A DNA stretch of 64,000 nt from a virus (lineage: Duplodnaviria > Caudoviricetes). The stretch lies in IMG/VR virus record IMGVR_UViG_3300025575_000011, positions 1 to 64,000 of that record; one strand, 5' to 3'. The notes beneath the pieces were generated by a model. It searched no databases and was not told the origin of the DNA. It was given only the letters and a program-made list of their open reading frames with translations. The translations under genes and the position numbers were made by a program. Shown here one piece after another: positions 41,092 through 50,435 of the stretch; position 1 is the stretch's first letter, and the number at the start of each line of letters is the position of its first letter.

Positions 41092-41568
41092 ATGGTATAC
41101 ATAAGAAGTAATTTGGGAAGGAGGATGAGTTTTATGGCTAAGAGTTTATTATCTAAGACATCAAAACCTAAAACAAGATCAACAAGTAGAAAAACATCTA
41201 AAGAGGATTATCAATTTTTAGTTGGTGCTAGTGTCGTATATTGTGGTTCTCTAGGAGGATATGAAAAGGCTGAATGTGTTGTTGTATCTAGAAACCGAAA
41301 ATACCTTCAAGAATATTATCATATTAGATTCAGTAATAATGACGAAGTTGAAACTATCGGTGGGATTTTAAAGTCAAAAGAAGATTATGAATTAGAAAAT
41401 CAAGATGATAAGACTAAACAATTTACTGATATTGAAGATTCTTATCAGAACCCACAAAACTGCTTAAATCCAATTACATTTTATGAGATGAGATGTATGG
41501 AGTGTGGTTATGAAACAAAATGCGTTTATCGTAATAAGCATGATTATAAGAAGATTAAGTTTAATTAG
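41092..41568 (+). CDS. hypothetical protein
   Basis: True start probably a downstream ATG after ggaaggagga; C-terminal Cys cluster. Confidence 0.55.
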   Translation: MVYIRSNLGRRMSFMAKSLLSKTSKPKTRSTSRKTSKEDYQFLVGASVVYCGSLGGYEKAECVVVSRNRKYLQEYYHIRFSNNDEVETIGGILKSKEDYELENQDDKTKQFTDIEDSYQNPQNCLNPITFYEMRCMECGYETKCVYRNKHDYKKIKFN

Positions 41569-41585
41569 AAAGGAGAAAATACCAC

Positions 41586-42152
41586 TTGAATATAGAAAAT
41601 GTTAAAGTTTATGATTTAGAAGAGTCCATTAAGGCTTCTAAATATCCAATGGCAACTAATACTTCAGAAGCTAATTCTGATGTCACAGGAACAGTCCTTG
41701 CGTTAGGTAATAGCAAAAAAGGCGAAGGACATGATCAATTTCTCACTGGAATCAGAGTTAATTTTGATTTAACATTTTCAAACAAAGCATGGGTGGAATT
41801 AGAAAGATATAGGTTCATTGAGTTTGTTTCTAGTCAATCTACAATGCATAGGCTATCAAAATTTGATTTAAAACAACAATATAATAAATATGTTGACCCA
41901 AGAATGATTTTTATTATGGAACAATTAAAAGATACATATAATAAGACAAATGATAAAGAAGATTATTTAAAATTGCTATATTCTAATCCATCAGGTTTTG
42001 AATTAACTGCAAGATTAACAACAAATTATAGAGCATTAAAAACAGTTTATAGTCAACGAAAAAATCATCGCCTTCCAGAATGGAGAGCATTTTGTACTTG
42101 GGTTTTGACACTACCACATTTTGTTGAGTTGTGTTTAGGAGGAGAGATTTAA
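41586..42152 (+). CDS. ThyX-like (FAD-dependent thymidylate synthase fold) phage protein
   Basis: GHDQFL, ELERYRF...SSQSTMHR, TNYRALK..Y.QRK.HRLPEW; context of nucleotide-metabolism genes. Confidence 0.55.
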   Translation: MNIENVKVYDLEESIKASKYPMATNTSEANSDVTGTVLALGNSKKGEGHDQFLTGIRVNFDLTFSNKAWVELERYRFIEFVSSQSTMHRLSKFDLKQQYNKYVDPRMIFIMEQLKDTYNKTNDKEDYLKLLYSNPSGFELTARLTTNYRALKTVYSQRKNHRLPEWRAFCTWVLTLPHFVELCLGGEI

Positions 42153-42715
42153 TGCCAATTATTATTCCAATCTCAGGTAAAGCAGAATCAGGTAAGGATT
42201 TTACAGCAAAATTACTTAAAGAAGAATTAGAAAGACAAGATCAAAGAGTCTTAATCATAAATTATGCGGATCAGTTAAAATTTATATGTTCTAAATACTT
42301 CGGTTGGAATGGTGAAAAAGATAATATTGGACGCTCATTATTGCAGCAGATTGGAACTGAAAAAGTAAGATCAAAGAATAATAACTTTTGGGTAGATAAT
42401 GTCATTGAATTTGTCAAAGTATTTCAAGATGATTATGATTATGTTATTATTCCAGATTGTAGATTTGCCAATGAAATAGAGAGATGGAACAATAATTTTG
42501 AGTTTGTATCATTGCGTGTAGAGAGATTTAATTATGAGAACCATCTTACCCCAGAACAGAGATTACATTCTTCTGAAACAGCATTAGACGATTACAACTT
42601 TGATTATTACATAAAGTCCGAAAGTGGAGTAGATATTTTAAAAGAAAAGGTAATTAAATTTATTGAACGGATGAATGAGTGGGATAATCATTTAAAGGAG
42701 TGGAATAATGTTTAA
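42152..42715 (+). CDS. deoxynucleoside monophosphate kinase
   Basis: P-loop ISGKAESGKD, RSLLQQIGTE, IPDCRFANE; start ATG 42152. Confidence 0.8.
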   Translation: MPIIIPISGKAESGKDFTAKLLKEELERQDQRVLIINYADQLKFICSKYFGWNGEKDNIGRSLLQQIGTEKVRSKNNNFWVDNVIEFVKVFQDDYDYVIIPDCRFANEIERWNNNFEFVSLRVERFNYENHLTPEQRLHSSETALDDYNFDYYIKSESGVDILKEKVIKFIERMNEWDNHLKEWNNV

Positions 42716-43283
42716 ACCAAAACTTTTTTGTGATATAGACAACACGCTCACACAAACTACTGAAGCATTCGTAAAGACATACTCCTCAATTTATAAAGAT
42801 CATCCTGATTATGTTAAACCAAATTGGGAATTAGTGAATATGTGGAATTTTGAAGATCAATGTAAATTATTAAAAGGAGTAGAAGAAGTAGAAAAGATAT
42901 TCGGTACAATTGAATTATTCAAAAACCTTGAATTTATTAACCATAATACATATGAAGTCATTGAAAAACTTAGTGAAAAGTATGAAATTGTTCTTGTGTC
43001 GATTGGTTCATATAATAATATTAGTTTCAAAAGTCAGTATGTTAAAAAGAATTTACCATTCATTACAGAAGCAATATTCCTTGTTAATAATGGGTGTGCA
43101 ATGCGAAAAGAACTTGTAAATATGCTAGGCGAAGGCAATGTCTTTTTGGAGGATGTTGAAAGTAATCTGAGAAGTGTTCAAGTAGAGCGTAAGATATGTT
43201 TTGGAATTACTAAGAGTTGGAATGAGATGTGGAAAGGCGAGAGAGCATTAGATTGGACAGAGGTTGCTAGTAAATTATTGTAA
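42708..43283 (+). CDS. HAD-family 5'(3')-deoxyribonucleotidase (NT5C-like)
   Basis: FCDIDNTL motif I; FLED. Confidence 0.75.
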   Translation: MFKPKLFCDIDNTLTQTTEAFVKTYSSIYKDHPDYVKPNWELVNMWNFEDQCKLLKGVEEVEKIFGTIELFKNLEFINHNTYEVIEKLSEKYEIVLVSIGSYNNISFKSQYVKKNLPFITEAIFLVNNGCAMRKELVNMLGEGNVFLEDVESNLRSVQVERKICFGITKSWNEMWKGERALDWTEVASKLL

Positions 43284-43307
43284 ATAATATATATAAAATG
43301 AAGGGAA

Positions 43308-43592
43308 ATGATGTATATTATGAAAGAAGTTATTGATATTGAAGATTTTCTTGAATACTCACCACAAGATATTGAGTGGTTTCAGATTCTAAATGGTAAA
43401 AGACCATTCCACCAATTAATAGACAAAGACGCTTTATTAGAAATGATGCAAATAGAGCATGAGAAATATTGTAATGATAATGGTTTGTGTTCTGAATGTA
43501 TGGGTTATATGGAAAGACAAGATCAGAAAGAAGAGATTTGTGGTTCGATTAGGACTAGCGAAGTGCTTTGGGTTTGTAGTAGAGGATGTTAG
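43308..43592 (+). CDS. hypothetical protein with C-terminal Zn ribbon
   Basis: CSECMG...VCSRGC. Confidence 0.55.
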   Translation: MMYIMKEVIDIEDFLEYSPQDIEWFQILNGKRPFHQLIDKDALLEMMQIEHEKYCNDNGLCSECMGYMERQDQKEEICGSIRTSEVLWVCSRGC

Positions 43593-43683
43593 ATTAAGGT
43601 TTTACTAATGGTATTCACGCTTTCCTATCGAGCGTTTATATAAATATAGGGTAGTGACCGAACCACTAAGGAGGAAATTAATA

Positions 43684-44106
43684 ATGGAAGTTAAAGATTT
43701 TGAAAGATACTTAAAGTTGATTGAACTTAAGAAGACATGTCAAGATATATATTCAAAAAATACCAGTGAAGAAAATCTTAATAATATAATAAAGATTGAT
43801 GATGAATTTAGAGATTTACAAAAGGGACTGGCAAACTTTCTCTTCAGCAATCAAAGTAGTGTTGAAACTGTTTTAGATAAACTTAAAATCAGGCTTAATC
43901 GTTTTAGCGAATATGCTGGATCTAATGAAACCAAAAACTTCAATGAAATCAAAATGGTTAAAGAAATATTGAATTTAATTGATACATATGATTGGAAGAA
44001 TATGAATGCTACTTATCATACTGGAGAGGTTAAACAAATTTCTATTTGGGAGCAAAATGGGAATGGACAAATAAGAAATCATAAAGTTTGGAATGTAGTA
44101 GAATAA
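43684..44106 (+). CDS. hypothetical protein
   Basis: RBS aaggagg before ATG 43684. Confidence 0.6.
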   Translation: MEVKDFERYLKLIELKKTCQDIYSKNTSEENLNNIIKIDDEFRDLQKGLANFLFSNQSSVETVLDKLKIRLNRFSEYAGSNETKNFNEIKMVKEILNLIDTYDWKNMNATYHTGEVKQISIWEQNGNGQIRNHKVWNVVE

Positions 44107-44122
44107 AATAATATAATGTAGT

Positions 44123-44165
44123 AATATTGATAACTTACTGAGATAGGCGGTAGGTTATCAATATT
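44123..44165. terminator. 18-bp hairpin with AGATAGG loop
   Basis: aatattgataacttactg-agatagg-cggtaggttatcaatatt (two G-U pairs). Confidence 0.5.
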
Positions 44166-44393
44166 TAATATGAAAGATAAGGAGAAACTTAAAATGAATG
44201 AAGATTTAAAATATGGCATGGTTCTAATTGATGAAGATGAGGTAGAACATGAATTAATTTTTACTAAAGATGCTTGGAAGAAAATATTTGATGCTGTGAA
44301 GATTGTTATTCCTGATATTAAGGGTTAAAAGCAATTATAGACTTTATGCTCAATATAGAGTGTGAAGTCTATTAAACTATATATAATATTAAC

Positions 44394-44422
44394 TTGACTT
44401 TGCTATGGATTAGTAGTATAAT
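44394..44422 (+). promoter_or_regulatory. sigmaA-type promoter
   Basis: TTGACT-17 nt-TATAAT upstream of the homing-endonuclease-like gene. Confidence 0.65.
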
Positions 44423-44468
44423 ATAGGTAGTGGTAAGTATGATTATTTTGAGAGGAGGGTTAGAATTT

Positions 44469-45926
44469 ATGTTGGTTACTAAAGAAGTTGAAGTGGGATT
44501 ATCCTCAATAAATACTAAATACTATGAAAAATTAGGATATAAGATACCAAGGAGAATAGATAAATATGGAATAAATTGTGTTAAAAGAGGAACAAAAATT
44601 AGAGTAAAAACGCAAGATTTACAAGATAGGTGTAATTCGTTAGTTGATGTTATATGTGATGGATGTGAAAAAACATTAAATATAAAATGGAGTGACTATA
44701 AAAGAAGTGTAAAAGAAAATGGAGAATGTTATTGCTTTAAGTGTGGTAATGCAGGGCATAAGAAATGGGTTAGTTTCTATGAGTGGTGTTACCTTAATTT
44801 ATCTAAAGAAGATGCTGATAGGATATTATCTCGTTGGGACTATGATTTAAATGGAATAAACCCTATTGATGTTACCTATAGTTCTAAAGGGCTAAATGGA
44901 AAAGGATATTGGTTTAAATGTTTGACATATCATGAGCATGGATCAGAGTTAAGAGACATTAGTAATTTTACAAGTGGTGAAGTGGGGAGTATTTGTTGCA
45001 CCAAATGTAACAAAATTGCAGTCACCAATCCTGATTTGGTAGATTTTTTTGTTGATAAGGAAGATGTATTAAAATATTCAAGTGGCTCCGAAAAATCCAC
45101 TTTGATTAGATGCCCTGAATGTGAATTTCAAAATAAAAGAATTATTAAAAATTTTATACGATATGGAATTAATTGTCCTAAATGTTCCGACGGAGTACCA
45201 TATCCTGAAAAATTTATGTTTAGCGTTCTATGTCAACTAGATATAATATTTAAAACTCAGTTATCTAAATCTACTTTTGAATGGTGTGGTAAATACCAGT
45301 ATGATAACTTTATTTCAGAAATAAATTGCATAATCGAGACTCATGGGTTACAGCATTATGAAGAGAATGCTAATTGGAAAATGTCATTAGATAAAACGCA
45401 AGAGAATGATAAATTAAAGGAACAAAATGCTAAAGATAATAACATAGGGAATTATATAGTTTTAGATTGCAGGTATTCTCAACTAGAATGGATTAAAAAT
45501 AGTATAATGCACAGCGAGATTCCACGGTTATTAAACTTCAAAGAAGAAGATATTAATTGGCTACAATGCTCTGAATATGCTTGCAAAAACATGGTCAAGG
45601 AGGCATGTAATTTGTGGAATTCTGGAATCAATAAAACAATAATAATAGCAGATAAATTAAGGATTAGTAGAGCAACTGTATTAAGATACTTAAAACAAGG
45701 TGCAGAACTAAAGTGGTGCAAATATATTAATCACAGTAAAGTAATATGCCTAACTACAAATGAAATTTTCAATACACAAACAGAAGCGTCTAGAAAATAT
45801 AATATGTATAGTAGCAGTGATATTGCTCAATGTTGCAGACACAATAGACCATTTTCAGGTAAACATCCAGACACGGGAGAGAAACTTGTGTGGATGTATT
45901 ATGGAGAGTATCTATCTATAACTTAA
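44469..45926 (+). CDS. free-standing homing-endonuclease-like protein (Zn-ribbon repeats, Vsr/DUF559-like nuclease, NUMOD1-like tail)
   Basis: Repeated CxxC ribbons, CPKCSDGVPYPEK, YDNFI...IIETHGLQHY, VICLTTNEIF...EAS...IAQCC. Confidence 0.75.
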   Translation: MLVTKEVEVGLSSINTKYYEKLGYKIPRRIDKYGINCVKRGTKIRVKTQDLQDRCNSLVDVICDGCEKTLNIKWSDYKRSVKENGECYCFKCGNAGHKKWVSFYEWCYLNLSKEDADRILSRWDYDLNGINPIDVTYSSKGLNGKGYWFKCLTYHEHGSELRDISNFTSGEVGSICCTKCNKIAVTNPDLVDFFVDKEDVLKYSSGSEKSTLIRCPECEFQNKRIIKNFIRYGINCPKCSDGVPYPEKFMFSVLCQLDIIFKTQLSKSTFEWCGKYQYDNFISEINCIIETHGLQHYEENANWKMSLDKTQENDKLKEQNAKDNNIGNYIVLDCRYSQLEWIKNSIMHSEIPRLLNFKEEDINWLQCSEYACKNMVKEACNLWNSGINKTIIIADKLRISRATVLRYLKQGAELKWCKYINHSKVICLTTNEIFNTQTEASRKYNMYSSSDIAQCCRHNRPFSGKHPDTGEKLVWMYYGEYLSIT

Positions 45927-45988
45927 TAATCTAATTTTATTGAGTCTCATAATTAATATTACTAAAAACAGATGATTAAGAATACTCA

Positions 45989-46786
45989 TTAAGCGTAGAA
46001 TTTATCATAAACGTCTCTCCTATTTTGGCATCTCTTTGGTCTCTTTTGATCTTGAGAGATGCTTATGTTTTTTGATGGATACAAGATTACTAAACCACTT
46101 TTCTGTTGTCTAATTGACGATACTACTAATCCAAATTCACTCTTCTTGATTTTATTATGTAATATTTTTTCATTAACCATCTTCAGTGCAAAGTCTAATT
46201 GACTTGGGGTTGCCTGTTCTTGCTTCATAATATTTTGATACTGTTTACCTCTGTTACTATCAATGTCAATCCCATTGCTCCCCAATATAAAAATTGTGGA
46301 TAAAGTTTCATCATCGTCTCTAATATTTTCAGTTTTACATACAGAGTTTAATATTAAAGGGATGGTTTCTTCTTTGTGCGTCACCGTTGGCATGTCTCTT
46401 TTTAAAGAAATACTAAACTTCTTATCCCCTTCTATCTCCCCTGCCCTCTTAATAGGAAGGAGAGAGTATAAATTGCTTGTAGTATACCTCTGTAAAGACA
46501 CTAAACACGATGCCCTTACCAATTCCCCTATAAATCTCTGAATGCTTCTTACAGAGCATCGTAGTGCCTTTGATAAGTACAACTGACTAGGAAAAATTGA
46601 TTTCTTCCTACCATACATCATGCTTTTAACTTTCATATAAAGCACTATGGCCCCATTGGATAAGTCAAACTCCTCTGCAATTTCCCATATCTCATTATTG
46701 AAAATAGTAAAGTTACCTTCATATTGATCTAAACTTGCCACAATATTTTCCTCATCTCTAGCATTTGGGTATATTGAACTAGACAT
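45989..46786 (-). CDS. HTH (HTH_36-like) plasmid/phage replication-initiator-like protein
   Basis: GAIVLYM...SIFPSQLYLSKALRCSVRSIQRFIGELV...YSL; adjacent to Par genes and repeat array; start uncertain (ATG 46786 or TTG 46885). Confidence 0.6.
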   Translation of the reverse strand: MSSSIYPNARDEENIVASLDQYEGNFTIFNNEIWEIAEEFDLSNGAIVLYMKVKSMMYGRKKSIFPSQLYLSKALRCSVRSIQRFIGELVRASCLVSLQRYTTSNLYSLLPIKRAGEIEGDKKFSISLKRDMPTVTHKEETIPLILNSVCKTENIRDDDETLSTIFILGSNGIDIDSNRGKQYQNIMKQEQATPSQLDFALKMVNEKILHNKIKKSEFGLVVSSIRQQKSGLVILYPSKNISISQDQKRPKRCQNRRDVYDKFYA

Positions 46787-47046
46787 TAAGAAAATACATG
46801 TTATACTAAAAGAACAGAGAAACCCCCTTGTATTAGTAAACAAATATTTTTCATGTCCAGCCCATGATTTGTGATCGGCAGCCAAACTGATTCACAATCA
46901 TGGGTTTTGCTATTTCTAAAATGAATTTCTACACAATGTTTCATATCTATCCACCTGTTGATATGTTTCTACAATGTTATTCCTTTGTGGACAAAATACT
47001 TACCATTAGTGTACTATATCCCCCAATATTTGCAATCAAAATAATA

Positions 47047-47480
47047 TAGACTCATATCCTCATATGCGTACAAGAGTATGTGTACATGAATGGATATGGG
47101 TCTATATGTTTATGTTCATATGCGTTTATAATTATATGAGTATAAACATTTATGTACTTGAAGCCATAAGAGTATGAGCGCATATGTACTTGTACATTTA
47201 AAATCATATACACCTAAACATATATACTCATATGAATCTAAACTCATAAGTACATGTGCGTATAAACATCTAAACCCATAGACGGATAAACATATATGTA
47301 CTTATGCAATTATGTTTATATACTCATATGGGTTTATGATTACATACATCTATGGGTTTATGAATATATAATCATATGTGTTTGAATGTATAAGCACATA
47401 GACATATATGCGTATAAATACATATGAGCATAAAAATATAGATGTTCAAGTACATAAATACATAAACATCTATGGGTATA
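47047..47480. repeat. dense bidirectional 9-mer array (ATG[ACG]GT[AT]TA / TA[AT]AC[TC]CAT): candidate centromere (parS) or iterons
   Basis: Copies near 47047, 47096, 47120, 47136, 47223, 47239, 47271, 47319, 47328, 47352, 47408, 47424, 47472, plus many degenerate CATAT/ATATG units; no ORF. Confidence 0.75.
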
Positions 47481-47611
47481 TGTGTGGCATAAATTACTTA
47501 GAAGGCATACAAGAGCGTTTAAGGAGTTTTAGATATTTTAAGCATAAAGAAGACATTAACAAAACTAAATGCCCTTAGATAGCGTTAAATTCTATCTGAG
47601 AGCATTTATCT

Positions 47612-48112
47612 CTAGTCATCATCTACAATATCATACTCTTTACGAAATTCACGAAAAACGAATTCTGATACTTGATCTCCACTGGTTATTGTCTCTGAGA
47701 GTTTATGTTTGTACTTTTCATAGAGATACTGACCAATTCTTAGAAATTCTTCAGCAATAATGCCTTGGTGATAGTTCTGAATTTCTGCATATTTTAATTC
47801 TCTTGAGATATTATCAATGTAATTTACAATCTTTTTATCAATAATATAACTTGTTCTTGTTTTACCTTTTTCTTTAGTTAGAATTGTTCTCTTAATATCA
47901 GGTGTGATTTCAGGTTCTACAGTTAATTCTACAGGAGGAATTATGATTTCTTTAACAGGTGGTTTAATAACCTTGATCTTTTTAGGGATTATTTTCTTTG
48001 GTATTTCATCTACTTTAGTCTTTACAGCCTCATGCATATTACTGTTTTTTGATTGTTTAACCTTACTAGGCATTGAAAGAACCATAGCAGGATTAAATAA
48101 TTGATCAGACAA
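47612..48112 (-). CDS. type Ib ParB-like centromere-binding adaptor (disordered N-terminus, RHH-like C-terminus)
   Basis: Coupled to parA; Pro/Lys-rich N-terminus, then RTSYIIDKKIVNYIDNIS. Confidence 0.55.
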   Translation of the reverse strand: MSDQLFNPAMVLSMPSKVKQSKNSNMHEAVKTKVDEIPKKIIPKKIKVIKPPVKEIIIPPVELTVEPEITPDIKRTILTKEKGKTRTSYIIDKKIVNYIDNISRELKYAEIQNYHQGIIAEEFLRIGQYLYEKYKHKLSETITSGDQVSEFVFREFRKEYDIVDDD

Positions 48113-48980
48113 GGCTTAATACCTCCTCTGCTAAAAGGTCAAAATCTTCTGAGCCACTAGAATGAGGTGCTAATTCTCCAATGAGCAAGTGTTTTTCAGG
48201 ACAATCCATTAAAGAACTACATACACGAATTGGCGTAGTAGATAACTTGGTAGGGTAAACCTCCTTTATTACGTCTAATGCTTTATCGACACGATTTTTC
48301 ATTCTTCTATCTAACATGTTGGGTATGATCATCCCAATATCCATGTAGTTATAAACACCGTCTGTATCATACTCTTTCAAAAGGTCTATGTTCTGGTTTA
48401 CTTCATCAATAGTTTGCTTTATTTGTGCTACTCCATTGACAGAAAAGAAGTCACATATCAAAGGAACAAATGTTGTCTGTGCAGCAAGCAAAGCATTTAA
48501 GTGTAATATCGAATGGGAGGGACTTGAATCGAAAAAAATGTAGTCATATTGGGCAAAGAATGGTTTATTGTCTTCCATGACGTTTTTTAATATAAGACCC
48601 GAACCTGCTTCTAATCCACGCTCAAGAACGAATTTAGCAAGCATTCTGTTGCCTTGAATCAAATCTAAGTTGTCTCTTACTCTAATTATTGCCTTATCTG
48701 GAGTTGCTGATTGATATAAGATGTCCGACATAGTTGGAATTTTTCCTATATAATCTTGTACTCCAAAGAATAAACCAGTATTGTTTTGACTATCAAGATC
48801 CATTACTAAAACCTTTTTGCCCTTTTTAGCAAGTGAGGCCGAGAGGTTTAAGGTAATGGTTGTCTTTCCGACACCTCCCTTATGAGCTACGATTGCGATT
48901 ATACGAGGATTAGCATTATGAAAAATAGATTGCTTCTTAGAAGTAGAAGGTTTCTTTTTTAACTTGTCCAATACTTTCAT
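48105..48980 (-). CDS. parA: ParA/Soj partition ATPase
   Basis: Deviant Walker A KGGVGKTT, DLDSQNN, FFDSSPS, PLICDFFS, IIPNM. Confidence 0.92.
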   Translation of the reverse strand: MKVLDKLKKKPSTSKKQSIFHNANPRIIAIVAHKGGVGKTTITLNLSASLAKKGKKVLVMDLDSQNNTGLFFGVQDYIGKIPTMSDILYQSATPDKAIIRVRDNLDLIQGNRMLAKFVLERGLEAGSGLILKNVMEDNKPFFAQYDYIFFDSSPSHSILHLNALLAAQTTFVPLICDFFSVNGVAQIKQTIDEVNQNIDLLKEYDTDGVYNYMDIGMIIPNMLDRRMKNRVDKALDVIKEVYPTKLSTTPIRVCSSLMDCPEKHLLIGELAPHSSGSEDFDLLAEEVLSLV

Positions 48981-48996
48981 ACAAAATCACTTCCTT

Positions 48997-49191
48997 TTAC
49001 TCATATTTCTCAAAGAACTCTTCTAATGCTTTGTTTGCAAGTCCTGATTCAGATGTTCTATATTTATCTTTAAAGTTTGCTAATTTATGAAGGTTGTCCA
49101 GAGTAATATACAGTCCCTTTAGCTTTTTCAAGACAGATGATGGTTTAGATGGCATATCCAAATATTTTTTACTCATGATATCTGCATCCAT
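48997..49191 (-). CDS. small ribbon-helix-helix regulator
   Basis: KGLYIT...LHKL...SESGLANKALEEFF. Confidence 0.55.
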   Translation of the reverse strand: MDADIMSKKYLDMPSKPSSVLKKLKGLYITLDNLHKLANFKDKYRTSESGLANKALEEFFEKYE

Positions 49192-49203
49192 AATGTCCTC
49201 CTA

Positions 49204-49227
49204 AATGTTAATGTTAATGTTAACATT
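49204..49227. promoter_or_regulatory. AATGTT x3 plus inverted AACATT, candidate operator
   Basis: aatgttaatgttaatgttaacatt upstream of the RHH-parA operon. Confidence 0.45.
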
Positions 49228-49307
49228 CTACATTAGATTCTAAAATCCTTTATTCGACAGAAAAGAAATTTTGTAGTAGGAATATTGCAATGTCCACTCC
49301 CATAAGA

Positions 49308-49329
49308 TTGTAATACAATTGTAATACAA
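49308..49329. promoter_or_regulatory. tandem 11-bp repeat TTGTAATACAA x2, candidate parC/operator
   Basis: Perfect tandem of a near-palindrome directly upstream of the parM RBS. Confidence 0.55.
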
Positions 49330-49341
49330 ATTAAGGAGGGA

Positions 49342-50244
49342 TTGTCCATGTTGTTCTGGGATTGCGGAAACAGCTATGGAAAAGCACGAGACTCTAAAGG
49401 AAGAGAATTAAAAATCCTATCAGTAATAGGCAAAGCACAAGAAACTTTTACAGAAAAACAACTATGGCAAATTGATGGAAATTATATCGGTGAAGATGCA
49501 ATTTTACATGGTTATGCTCAAGATTATTCCCTTGATGAAATCAAAACAGAACAATCTACATTTAAAACATTAACAAAATATGCTTTATGTAATTACAAAG
49601 GTGAGAATAAAATCGTTTTCTTGTTTCCATTTGAATCTTATTTCAGTGAAAAGAAACAAATTGTAGAAATGTTTTCAAGAAATATGGATATTGCTTATAA
49701 AATAGGAAATACTACTTACAATTATAATTTTAAACCTGAACTTATACGCTCACTTCCGCAAGGATACTGTGCAGGAATGGATTATTTTCTTGATGATGAA
49801 GGTAAAATAAAAGAAGAAATCCCAAATACAGTTTTAATAATTGATGTAGGAATGGGAACTGTAAACTATATTTATTTACTCAGAGGAGAAATTGTTAGGG
49901 AAATGTCTCATACAACTAATAATGGAATGCATCAGATTTATAAAAGAGGACTTCAAGGCAAAAAAATATATGAAGTTGATTTATTCAATGGTTTTAATTC
50001 AGTAGCTCATTTATATCCAGATCAAGCAACATTAATTAAGAGTGATATTTCAACTTATTACGAGTTAAAAAAATTAGATCAAATAGTTGTTGTAGGTGGA
50101 GGAGGGGAAGCAATATATCATTTCTTGCCTTGGACAAATAAGGTTTTGCACAAAGGACAATTTTCTAATGTTAGAGGTGCAAGTAAGGTGGTGCAAAATT
50201 TATCATGGGGGAAATCAGAACATTTAGAGATGATGATGTCTTAA
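49342..50244 (+). CDS. parM: ParM/StbA actin-like partition ATPase
   Basis: Phosphate-1 DCGNSYGK, phosphate-2 IDVGMGT, adenosine VVGGGG, PQG linker. Confidence 0.85.
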   Translation: MSMLFWDCGNSYGKARDSKGRELKILSVIGKAQETFTEKQLWQIDGNYIGEDAILHGYAQDYSLDEIKTEQSTFKTLTKYALCNYKGENKIVFLFPFESYFSEKKQIVEMFSRNMDIAYKIGNTTYNYNFKPELIRSLPQGYCAGMDYFLDDEGKIKEEIPNTVLIIDVGMGTVNYIYLLRGEIVREMSHTTNNGMHQIYKRGLQGKKIYEVDLFNGFNSVAHLYPDQATLIKSDISTYYELKKLDQIVVVGGGGEAIYHFLPWTNKVLHKGQFSNVRGASKVVQNLSWGKSEHLEMMMS

Positions 50245-50435
50245 AACCTTTGTTAGATACAATTCCTAGAAGAAAGATGGGTAAGATAATTAGGAGAGCG
50301 TTGTATGATTATTTTTTCAAGGGAAAAGATATAGTAATGGCAGAGGATGAGGATTGTTATATAGAAGTGGTTGAGGTTGAAGAGGTTAAAATTAAACCAG
50401 TAAAAGAAATTAAATTTGATATGTTTGAAGATTAG
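50205..50435 (+). CDS. ParR-like adaptor
   Basis: Overlaps the parM end; short helix pair (KMGKIIRRALYDYF) with acidic tail. Confidence 0.6.
   Translation: MGEIRTFRDDDVLKPLLDTIPRRKMGKIIRRALYDYFFKGKDIVMAEDEDCYIEVVEVEEVKIKPVKEIKFDMFED

Noticed and set aside
43617-44147. Kissing-loop pair (cctatc loop at 43624 with gatagg loop at 44142)
   Set aside because: Only 6-bp complementarity and a weak 5-bp first stem; likely chance.
47047-47480. Repeat array as CRISPR or tandem-repeat ORF
   Set aside because: Units are 9 bp, in both orientations and irregularly spaced; there are no unique 30-40 bp spacers, no cas genes and no ORF.
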